A stretch of 63,861 nt of DNA, filler included, from Hausera hauseri (taxonomy: Eukaryota): assembly GCA_046269625.1 (NCBI GenBank). It is 11 parts of 11 records of this genome, joined end to end, with 100 filler letters (N's around TTAATTAATTAA, not from the genome) between each part and the next. Parts side by side here need not be neighbours in the genome. Positions count along the whole stretch, not along the records: positions 24,290 to 28,293 come from JBJURY010825861.1; positions 28,394 to 32,519 come from JBJURY010745654.1; positions 32,620 to 41,648 come from JBJURY010481020.1; 8 more parts are not named here. One strand, 5' to 3'. Numbering within the stretch: the stretch's first letter is position 1; the number at the start of each line of letters is the position of its first letter. Positions 24,290 through 35,955 of the stretch are shown in pieces. The translations under genes were made by a program, and so were the position numbers. The notes beneath the pieces were generated by a model, which ran no database searches, was not told the DNA's origin, and worked only from the letters and a program-made list of their open reading frames with translations.

Positions 24290-26710
24290 CATCAGTGAAA
24301 GAGGCCTTAAATAGACTCTCAGGAGCAAAATGGTTCACCAGTCTGGACTTATAATCCGGATATTGGCAACTAGAAGTAAAGGACAAAGACCGTTATAAGG
24401 CAGCGTTTAAGACTCACGATGGCGTTTACGAATTTAATATTATGCCGTTTGGTATTATTACCGGACCAGCCATATTTACAAGAATGATGAACAAAATGTT
24501 AATGGGACGGAATCATGCCTCTGCATATTTAGATGATGTGATGATAGCATCGAGAACGGAGGAAGAACACCTAAAGGATATTGAACACACACTGATGAGA
24601 TTGGAACAAGTCGAATTGAAGTTAAATCCGAAGATATGCAAATGGGCTCAAAATGCCGTATCCTACCTTAGCCATATAGTTGGAGAAGGAGGATCGAAAC
24701 CTCATAAATCATTATTGGATAAAATATCAGATTGCATGGAACCACAAAATCAGAAAGAGTTAAGACACTGGTTAGGACTCTGTGGTTATTACGCAAGTTA
24801 TGCACCAGATAATTCAAAGATTAATGCACCTCTATATCGCTTACTTAAAAAAGGAATCAAATTGAAATGGACAGACGTTGAGCAGAGGGCTTTTGAGGAG
24901 ATGAAGAAAATATTAACAAGCGAACCCGTTTTGCGATATCCAGATTCTAGCTTACAGTTTATAATTAAGACAGACGCTAGTAAGGAAGGTATTGGATATG
25001 AATTAGCACAGAAAAGACAGGATGAAGAATTAGAACATCCAATTGCTTATGGAGGACGTTCTTTGAAAAAAGCTGAGAAAAATTATTCTGTTACCAAAGT
25101 AGAACCTCTAGCGGTAAAAGAAGCACTTCGAAATTTTAATGTTTATGTTTACGAGCAGAAAATTATAATCGTCACTGACCACAAGGCCGTTACGACTATA
25201 AAGGGGCAAGCCAATAACCCGACGTGCAGACTAAATAGATGGATTGAAGAAATCTCCAGATACAACATTGAATTCCAGTATAAGTCAGGAAATAAACATG
25301 TAGACGCTGACGCACTATCGAGATTAAAGACTAAGACAAGCACAATCACTGTAATGAAGAAAAGTCAACTTGAGGAAATAATAGACCGCCAACGCGCGTT
25401 AACGATAGATATAGCAATTAAGATTTCAGCAGAACAAAGAAACGATAAAGTTATCCATCAGATTATAGAATTTGCTAAAAAGGATGTCATACCGAAAGGA
25501 CGACAGATAAAGGAACATTTACACAGATATGGACATAAATGTTGCATCATAAACGACGGAAACAAAGAAGACATCCTATATTACGAACGAAAATGAAGAA
25601 AATTGATAGTTATTTCAAAAAGTTTACGAACCGAAGTACTGATGTCAGAACATGATTTATACTTAGCCGGACATATGTCTTGGAAGAAAGAATAGTGAAG
25701 AAAGAATAGTGAACAAATACTTTTGGCCTAGTATCTATATCGATGTAAGAAATTTGGTGAAGGCCTGTGAAGTGTGTGCAACTAAACAGAAAAAGACGAA
25801 AAACTACATGGCTAAATTAAAACCAATCAATGTGCCCGATAGGCCCATGAAAGCTATGTCAATGGATATCGTAGCAGCCCTGCCTACGACCCACAAAATC
25901 AATAAGTATATCTTAACGTGTATTGATCGATTAACTCATTTTGTCGAATTGGTAGCATTGGTTGATCAGAAAGCTGAAACTTTAGCCGAAGCAGTAGTAA
26001 GAAGAATCATTTGTCGTTACGGACCACCTGACCAAATATTAACGGATAGAGGAAGAAATTTTACCAGTGAATTATTCGAGAAAATCACTAAGATATTCGA
26101 AATCGAGAGATTAGCAATTACTGCCTATTATCCTCAATGTAACGGAATGGTCAAACGGATGAATGCTACAGTTATACGTATACTGTGAACAGTAGTGGCT
26201 AAGGATCAAAAGGATTGGGACGAATTTTTAGAAGGAACGCAATTTGCAATTAATACCACGCCACATCCAGCAACAGGATTTACGCCATTTTTTATTATGT
26301 ATGGACGTGAAGCCGTGTTGCCCACGGACTTAGGAATGACGCCATACATAGTTAATTTCAAAGATTTAGAACAGAATTTTGCAGAAGTGTTACAAACACG
26401 ATTGCAAAGGTGTTGGGGAATTGCCAAAAAACTATCTCAAGAATATCAAGAACAATTTAAGAAGCAATATGATAAGAAAGCGAAACAGCATAATATAGAA
26501 CAAGGAAATTGGGTTTATGTACATTATTTGGTAGCCAAAAAGGCACCTCACTAAAATTGACTCGTACGTATAGAGGACCGTACAAAGTTACAAAGGTTAC
26601 GCCAACTACAGTATATATTAACAAAAATGGAAAAGAAGAAGTTATGTCAATACAGAGAGTTGTCAAGACAGAAATACGACCCAGCAAACGTTATAATTTA
26701 CGCCAACGTG
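24290..26710 (+). mobile_element. Ty3/Gypsy pol (RT-RNase H-integrase), degenerate
   Basis: MPFGI, AYLDDV, KTDASKEGIG, TDHKAV, HVDADALSR, HHCC zinc finger, MDIV, LTDRGRNF, QCNGMVKR, GPY motif (YRGPYKV) and terminal RYNLR. Confidence 0.93.
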
Positions 26711-28155
26711 AAGTAAAAACTTCGTCGATAGTTACTAGACCAATATCATACGTTCAGATAGTCTTAGCATTATCGTTGATTGCCTCTTACCTCCCAAGAA
26801 CACAAGCCCAATGGTGGCACGATGAATCGTCGTTAGGAGACATATACGGACTTCGGAAGAGTGGATCAAAACCGGAAACTACCAAGACGGAAAAGGAGCC
26901 AACAGCTGAAGAAGTTTAAAAACGAGAATACACTAAATTACTGCAATCAATGACAATTCATTACTATTCAGCAAACTCCGTATGTGTGGGATTTAAAGCT
27001 TGGAAACTGCACCACGATTTCGGACGATTTCTAATTGTTTTACTTGACACAACCACAAGAGGAACAAAAAATTGCGATTTTGAACCTGGAGAAAATACGC
27101 AGTGTTGCGATATAGACTTCGGACACACTTATAACCTCACATACCGTCTATACTTGCCAGACTCAACTGAAGTTTATGTTGAAGTGAAACCACATTCTCA
27201 ATTAGTCATTCCTGCATGGAACAGACATAAAGGAGTAAAACTGAATGAAATATTACGATCCACTGACCCAGAGATAAGAATACTAGACGAAAATATTCAG
27301 AAAATCTCCGTGAATAAGAATAAACGATGCATTTAAGTAGACGCTAGAACAGGATTAACGTTCAGTCAGGAAATTAGTATCACGTTTGAAGCAACAGTTG
27401 GACCGACGCCAAATATAGAATATTGTTCTATTCGAGCAGGCGTGCAAAACCATGCTGTAAAATACCCGTAAACTGAGAATTCAAAATAAGATTTGACTTA
27501 TATGAAGTACGGCCGAATAAACCGAGTATACAGTTGAGAACTTACTACCCAGAAAATAGAATTTGGGAAATTCCAGTAACGACGACCACCAGAAGACCAG
27601 CTACCCAAATTAGTACCATTACGTCAATCATTGCATCAGCCAGTGTGCCTAAAAGAGAATTAGGAAGTATCCCTATTAAATATTCGGCATATCAGTCTAA
27701 GATCGTGTTCTCCGTGGAAGAAAAACAAAATTACGATATATACATAAATTGTCGGACAACGTATAACGAGCAAGTGGTGACGCTATTTAATGGTACTTAC
27801 CAAACAGAGTGAAAATCTGTTAAAACCAAAAACAAAGTATATAGTACAATTGTGTGCCGAAAACAAACAAAATCAGACTGTTACATTGCAAACTTTAGAC
27901 GAGATTTGTGCAGAATCCCATGTATACGAAGATGTAGATGAGCAAATCACAACTCCGATCATTACACACGCCCCAATGGGATTAACTACACTACCAATTA
28001 TATCCATCTCCATACTGTCAACATTTGTTCTCATTATACTAATTGCGATTTTTCGGATAGTTACCAAAAACTGCTATTCTAAGCGTGCTAAAAACTCAGA
28101 ATGAGAATTAAGGGAACTGGAAACCTCTGTTGATCCGTATGATAATATAACCTGA
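26711..28155 (+). pseudogene. Post-integrase type I membrane protein: signal peptide, two Cys-containing repeats, Thr-rich linker, FN3-like domain, TM, YxxI tail
   Basis: In frame with the integrase C-terminus in ORF 26509-26919. SP IVLALSLIASYLPRTQA; repeats ending NTQCCDIDFGHTYNL and (frameshift-corrected) CCKIPVNxEFKIRFD; FN3 hallmark LKPKTKYIVQLCAEN; TM IISISILSTFVLIILIAIF; tail YDNI. Confidence 0.65.
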
Positions 28156-28720
28156 CAACTACAGAGCGGGTTATTCTATCATCTAACAAATAATTGGTTT
28201 AATTTTAAAACCATCGTTTGTCGTAAGATTAACCCTTACTGTTTATTTTTCAGACTGATGAGTAAAGAAAGAAACATGAAACCGGATACCGGANNNNNNN
28301 NNNNNNNNNNNNNNNNNNNNNNNNNNNNNNNNNNNNNTTAATTAATTAANNNNNNNNNNNNNNNNNNNNNNNNNNNNNNNNNNNNNNNNNNNNAAGATCA
28401 TGCTGATGGACGGAAGAAGAAGTTATTTAATAGCACATTTCCAGAACTGCGAATATGTGCATACGAATGTTGTAAATTGGTGCCTATACCAAAGAACATT
28501 ACATGTATTTATCGTGAACATTGTTCACATTGTGCTTATAAAAAGTGTTTAGCGTTATGTCAAGGTAATATTGTTACTAAGTAAATGTGTGCTATGAAAT
28601 TAGTTGGTCTTAACCTATACAGTAGTTACTTAGTTTGACTTGGCCTTATCCTATATCCCACATTACTTGATCAAGAAAACAATACTATATTTCTATACAA
28701 TATTTATTAACAATAACTAT

Positions 28721-31665
28721 TTACAATGTTACATGTCTGTGAGGTAGTGTATGGATTCCATCGCTCAGGATCTGCCTCTTATCATCCATCCAATCTAAAC
28801 TTTTCTTATGCAGAGGTACTGTTTGGATGTTATGATTTATAGACAGCATCCTTCTCATTTCCGATATGATGTGAGTCTGCTCATACAGAACTCTCGCATA
28901 GTCCTCAAAACGGATCTTCTTGGCCAATGTAGTCCTTTGAACGTCCTTAGCTCTCTTTTTGATCTGACCACATACGTCTAGGGAATACAATTTGGACCTG
29001 AGAGCCACAAGTCTCGGGATGATTGCCTCATTTATCTCGTCTTTGAATTTCCCTATGACTTTCATATTGGCAATTGAATATTTGGGATGCTCCTTCGGAT
29101 AGTCCGATGTATCCATGTGTTCAGCCAATTTGGCAAAGTCCTCATAAATATCCTCAGTATGGATTTGATAGATGAAACTATCAGTATCCATGTACATCAG
29201 CTGTATGGACTTGAATGTGGGGACCATGATGTCGTAGTGGAAATTGTACATTAGGGTCTTTGATAGTTCCAATATTGCCATACCCACATATGTGTTTGTT
29301 GAATACCAATGCTGTTTTCAGCATATGGATTCCTACCAAGTTCTCCGTATATGTTGAGTTCCTGTGAAAATTGGGCTTGGCAATGAGCTTTTTTGCCTGC
29401 TTCCAATCACATACCAGCTCGATGTTGATCCTATTGCGGATATTCTCCATGGCCTTGCCAAAACGCTGTTATATAGTTTTAATTGGTCTTTCTCAAAGTC
29501 GTTCTTGGCATTAGTCCGCAGCTTTGTATTGAGATCTATGTATGACTGCAGCCACATGGACTGGTTGAACTGCAGGGCTCTATGGATCTTAGTAATGTGG
29601 AGTCTATGTCTAACTGCCTGCTGGAGATTGATGTAGTGGACTACATACCTCTCCCTATTACCCAGATGACAGCAGCATTATCTGCTTTCCATAGGACGGA
29701 GGCCTGCTCTCAGGGAGGAAAGGCAGCTGTTGATGCCTTGAGTGGATAGAAGCCGAATATTCCATATCTATCTCCAGTATGTATCCCGTATCTCCAGTGG
29801 GATCCAGGTCCAATACAGGGATGTTTTCAGGATTCTCGACCCATTTGAAGTTATCACATGTCAATGGGGCGCTCATTACCCATCCATAAAGGTTGTTGGC
29901 ATCCAGGTATGATATATATATGAGGATTCCTTGGATGGATCACACTGGGCCATATACTTGTTATTGGCCTCACTATACCGGTGAATGGCCTGGCATATTC
30001 CGCCTATAACGCCTCTCTCGATCATAAGGATCATATCATAATCCTTAATGATCTGCAGCCTAATACCAGTATACCTCAGCATTGCTGCCCAACTCCTTCC
30101 TGGAGCCGTAAAGAAATGAGCTGGATCCAAAGTATAGCATTGCTTACATATTTCTGTTTCCCATGATATTTCGTAATTTTTGATCTGACTAGACGCTTAA
30201 AGTTCTTGATCCAAACATGTTTCTTTTCTCCATCGACTAGTAGGAGCAGATCCCTATGATCTTCCAATTCAGCATCACATCTGCAGGGAATAGAATTTGT
30301 CCTCATCATCCAATCCAATTATGTTAATGGATATATTGTTGATTCCACTGAACTTCTTTACTTCATCTATGGATGGTGAGAACTTAATACATTGGAAGTC
30401 ATAGTTGTGCTTCAGATCATTATATAGCCAAACTCGATCTGCTTAATGTTTTTGATCCCGTACGAGTTTATATAAAATGACATACATGAAACAAATGTTG
30501 TGATTATTATGGACATTGACACATACTTTTTTATTAGAGATCCATTCCGGAAGCTGAATATATGAACTACCCTGCGTGGGAGAGTACTTGTGCACATGCA
30601 CAAGCAATCTCTTGATGGTTTCCAGAGTCCATCCATTCTTCTTATCCTGACTCTCCTCAGCTTCACGGATCAGCTTTACGTGCTCTTTATGCAGTCATGC
30701 TACTATATTGGCCTTTTCCAGTATGGACTTATTTTCGGTCCTGAAGGCACTATTGGATTCTTTGGCATCTACACTGATGTATGTGGCCTCCAATTTCATA
30801 TAAACCTTTAGGGCCTTGAGCTTAGCTATGTTGTCCTGGAGAATTCCCTGCGTTTCTTCCTTTGTATATTCCAGGAACTCCTTGATGATTGTTTGGTCAG
30901 TTGCATTAGTAACATATCTGCGGCATTTTCTCTTTAATGCTGGCGCATCAACTGGCTGCTCTCTTTGACTTTTTGTTGCAGCCGCTGCGCGTGATGGGCT
31001 TGATACGCCTTATGGGTCTGATGCGCATGATGTAGCTGCGCGTTTCAATTCTCTAAAAAGTTTCTCAGCTGCTGCACCAGATCGTGCAGCCTAATGCGAG
31101 GCAGAATAGTGCGAAGCAGATGCATCAATATTATGTTGCTCATTATAGATGGCCTCCTTGGACTTTGATGCGAAGTGACTCAAATGATGTTTGAGATTAT
31201 AATAGTACTGTATGTCATCTGCACCTCGTACAGTTTCGCATCCCGGACATATATGATATTGAATATTTTTGGATTTGTATCCATAATGCCGCTGCATCGT
31301 TTCATGACTCTGTTACGGCTTATGTGCATTGGATTTGCAATAAGCATAGGAACCGCACATCTGATTTGCTTTTAGGACAATTATTGTCATTGGCATATTA
31401 TTGTTGAATATTTCTTTCTTCGATCTTGTGAACGAATCCAAATGCTGTTTATGTTGGTTGTAAAATTTCTCGTAACCGGTCCGGCACGCTACCTCACATA
31501 CATGACATACATAGTATTGAATCTTATTGTGCTGGTATAAAAAATAATTCTGCATCACACTGTGGCAATTCTGTTTCTCGTGTTCCTGCGCCATACGAAA
31601 TTGGTAGAAGTTGCAAATCTAAACAAATCAATTATTTGAGGAGCAGAAATAACGAAACTCACCAT
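28721..31665 (-). pseudogene. Maverick/Polinton pPolB gene with N-terminal Cys/His modules and a large internal deletion
   Basis: Motif A YLDANNLYGW (~29880-29910), motif B KLYNSV, motif C YMDTDS, then IGKFKDE, ALRSKLY and DDKRQIL. ATG at 31663-31665 followed by a 44-nt intron; AATAAA just after the stop (~28703). Confidence 0.92.
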
Positions 31666-32619
31666 TCTTTGAAGTGCATTGGGAAATAATGAAATATGTA
31701 GCAATGTCAACGTGCACCGACTCGTTTATGGATTTTTTCGAACATTCTAGAACACTTTGTTTTAACGCATCATTTACATAAACTTGTTTACATTGTGCAC
31801 TTGACTTGTCAATGTTGTGCATAGATGTACCAAAATTTGTTTCAATGCATCAAATGCATAAATTTCTCAGCGCCAAATTTAAAATTTCATCAAGGTTTTC
31901 ATATATGGGATATCTATTGAGCTCGTCAGGTTCTTTGAACAACGTACACTTTATCGATTTTTTGAGTTCGGATCGATAATTATTCAATTTCGATTAAGGT
32001 ACTCGAATATCTAATACCAGATTCAGATTCACCATATGTTGTTTCCTATATACATGCACTATTAGATTTGTTGATTTCAGTCTGCTTCACCTCCAATTTC
32101 TCTGTCAAATGTGCAATCGAAATAAGCACCATTTAATTACTTGGTATTTTTATGTACTTTTTACTTGTAATTAAACCTTGTTTTACTACACCGCGGTACG
32201 TTGCACCACGCCGATATTGATTGCCCTATAAATTTGCCCGAATGTAGTATTTATTAAATCTATCAGATTCTCCAAATAATGCATGTCTGACCGAGTTTTC
32301 GAGTTCTAATAGATAAATATTCGACTTGGAAGCTAGAATTCGAATATCTAACGCCATATTCCGATTGACCATGTATACCTTCCTATCCAGACCCGCTATT
32401 AGATTTATTGATTTCTGCTTCACTGGGCTTCAAATGAACATTTTGCTTAATTCGAAATATTGATTTTGTATCTGCATAGCATATTTCCATGGAATAGTTT
32501 TTATGCATTGGAGGGGGGGNNNNNNNNNNNNNNNNNNNNNNNNNNNNNNNNNNNNNNNNNNNNTTAATTAATTAANNNNNNNNNNNNNNNNNNNNNNNNN
32601 NNNNNNNNNNNNNNNNNNN

Positions 32620-33673
32620 TTTTCGTCATTGGAACCAGGTTTCTTTTTTAGTGGAATGGTTAGTCTTAAGGTTTTTGCTCTACCTATGTCGTCTTCATTT
32701 TGGGCGATGATTGACTTATATTTGCATAGTAATTAGTAAAGTTGACAATATGCTTCTGGAGAAAAATTTGTTTCTACATGAAGCGGAAATTCAGCATATT
32801 TGTATGGTTTTTCTTCTATTGTTATTGCCGATACTTTATAAGTATGACTCAAGGTAGTATTGGCGTACAACTTTACGGGGGTTGGTGCATTATTTACTAA
32901 TCTGATTGGTACTCTTCCTGCCGTTACTCTTATCAAAATGTTACTAAGTATGATATTTGGATTAACGTGCTCTTGTGGCTCAAAATATACCGGCTGGTCA
33001 TCCTCTTCGCGGACTTAAGCATAAATTAGCATTTCGGTTCTAGGCGGAATATTTTCATCGACCAGAATCCATACTTCTTCTTGCTTTCTTTCTTTCATTA
33101 TTTTAATCCTTTCACTGGTCCAAGTTCAAGTAGTTTCTCAGTCTGTAAATTTATTGCGATATTGGGTAATTGCTTCAGTATATCGCAACCTAACTCTACA
33201 TCATCAGTTAACTAATTCATTATGGCAAACTCGTGTCGAAGGATTTGACCGATTAATTGAACTAGAGAACTCCATTTAAACTTTGGTTTGGATTCTTTCC
33301 CAAAAGCTCCTATGCTGCCTGGATCCGACGATGATGCTGGCTGTAGTTGTTTTCGTAGTGTCGGTGGTATTGATTCTAATTTTATAAATGATTTCTCTGA
33401 TGCTGTGTCGATTAAGGCATAGACTTCCTAATCTTCAATGGTAACTTTTGTGAAAGGTCTTCCTTCCATAACTGACCCATAACAACTAGACACGTCTTTT
33501 GGTCGTTTAATCGAAGAAATCTTATATGCGTTTATCGTTATCTCTGGTGATGAAATAATATTTTCGGTCAGCTGTTTCAGTTCTTCGTTAGGGTATAAGT
33601 CGTTAACTGCCATGAAATTCGTATTGTTTCTAATTAATGGTTCTTGTACTATTGGATTTTGGAACGATTTCAC
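32620..33673 (-). pseudogene. Aspartic protease and pre-RT region of pol (copy A)
   Basis: RPFTKVTIEDxEVYALIDTAS, then VxLGCDILKQLPNIAINL, RVPIRLVNN and KYKSIIAQNEDDIG. Confidence 0.85.
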
Positions 33674-33949
33674 TCCTTGTTTCCCCCGACTGTCGATCTT
33701 GTTTCTATATTGCGAGCTATTCTCGGTGAGTACAATATCCCGTGGTCGTTCGTCGCTCGTCGTTGATTAGTGATTTGCATTTTCTTTAATACTCCATATT
33801 GTTTTGTTCCTTCATAAGGATCCTCATAGCTGAAAGGTTTCTGACAGAATGCCGATCTATGATACCATAGATGTTTTGTCACAATCTTCGTATATCGGAG
33901 CCGTTGATGGCATAATGGGTAAGGGTGCTCTAATTACTGAATACATTCT

Positions 33950-35955
33950 GCCTATTTTGCCCGAGGATTGCTTCTCCTCCATTAAGCTCGTCATCGTCTG
34001 AATTATTTCTTCGCGTCATTGGTTTCTTAACCTTGCGTTTCAGTCGAAATATGGGTCTTGCTCGACGTTTGTAATTATAGTAGCCGACATGGCGTTCAAC
34101 GTCATTTTTCCATTTATTTTCTTCTCATGCTTTAAGCATTTTGCCAAACGGTGTGATAATTGCGGTTAAGATCTTACAAGAAAATCCTGTTAGCGTAAAT
34201 ATTTCATACCCATTTATAACCGCTTGAATTACCGCCTTTACTAGTTGTACCATGAAATAGATTGCTAAGAATCCAGATGCAGCTTGTCCAAAAATTAAAA
34301 ATCTTCCTCATATTTTGTAGAGTATTTTTGTGGTTACCCGCTGGTAATGGTTCGCACCAAGCAAGGATTCTCATTTAGCCTGATATCGGGTGTCTTCTAC
34401 TATTGATGCCATAGCTCGGTTTAATTCGTGTGTTCGTTGTCGTGGAAAAGCGAAAAATTGTCGAAAAGCTTCGATCTCTTTTGGTCTGTAAATGCCCTTT
34501 TGAGATATATCCTGGAACTTGTCGTCGATAATTCCTTTTGCTAAATTAGTTCCAGTTAGTTTTTTAGGTATAATAGTGACACCTCCATTGGGTAAGATAA
34601 CCCAATCCGTTTCTCTACGCCTAAACATTGATTCAGCCAAACTTGCCTTACAATTTTTTAAAATGGTTGCTTGTGTCGCATTATCGAGCAGCACTCTAGT
34701 GAGAGGCATGGCTAGACGTGGAGTATTCCGGTAGATCACAGGAAGCTCTTGTATGCATTGTTTTTCTTCGACATTAATAGGTACGTCTCTTTTCTCGCAC
34801 TCGTATGTCAGTAGAACTTCACCAGTAACCCGACCAAAAATTCCTTCTCTCATGGGAATGATCGGTGAGGCTAACTCCTGATTCGCATAAATAAGAGCTA
34901 ATTTTGTCCTCATAATTTCCGTATCTAATTTGCAGTCATTAGTTATCATTTTATGGTATAGTTCAGCTATTCCGACTTGTCCTTTATAATAAAAATAATC
35001 GTCTCGGTTTTTCAGATAGTCTTCGATTCGAATGTCTTGCGTTTCTAAATTGTACGTTTTTGCGTTTATCTCCGTTTCTGCTACGAAGAACGCTTCGTAG
35101 TTAGTGGTGAACATTACTACTCCGTAACGTGAAATCATTTCCTTTTTATGAATTTCAATCCATGTTGATCAGAGATTAATATCGCAGGTGTATGATGTTC
35201 TGATACGTCTTCACGTGCTCTTGAACTGATGTCGGATTTATGTACGTATCGTTTCCCGGTAGTTTCATTGAATTTCAGTTCTTTAATCTTAATAAAATTA
35301 CAGGCTTTTCCCGTGGGCGGTTCCCATATGGCGACAGAACTTCTGAAGGCACAAGTTCCGTCTTGTATGTGACATTTTTGATTCTCAGTATATAGCTTAA
35401 TGACACTGTGGAACATTACTTTTTGGATTCGCATCTCTGATTCGTAAAAGTCTACTACTACTACGTTTGCTTCCAGTCCTTTTCCGGTATGGTATTCCGT
35501 TCCACTACAGTGCCCGTTATGCATATCTAGCCTTCCGGCTACTATCTTATACGCTCTGATTATCTTTCCGGGTTGCATTTCTAATTCCATTCTATCCCAT
35601 TTCAGTCTTCCGGTTTCTCGGGCTTGCTTACAATGTTGTCTTTCCAAATTCATTGGAATTGGAGGGGTTGTTGGTTTGATTATTGAAGAATGTCCGTGCA
35701 TCAGTCCACAATGGAAGATGCTACGAGATCTTCTCAGCATACATTCCATACCATCCAAAGATATCAACTCTTATTGTTGGTATAGAAAATAGCTCTTCTC
35801 TTTTGTTTCCAGTTTATGTGGTCTGATATCTTCACATGCTTCTAAGTCCATTAATGAATATTTTTGTCCAAGTTTGAATCTACCACAATCGTAAACAGTA
35901 ACCGCACCAATCTGTTTTATTAGCGTCATTATGGTGAGTAAGCTGACTAACCAAT
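33950..35955 (-). pseudogene. Chuvirus-type (class III, gB-like) glycoprotein, copy A, with internal signal peptide
   Basis: WLVSLLTIMTLIKQIGA|VTVYDCG..SLMDLEAC, FHCGLMHGHSSI, GHCSGTEY, LYHKMITNDCKL, GRVTGEVLLTYEC, CIQELPV, KGIYRPKEIEAFRQFFAFPRQR, TM, then INGYEIFTLTGFS. The order and spacing of these motifs match chuvirus G and Pao-captured chuvirus env. Confidence 0.88.
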
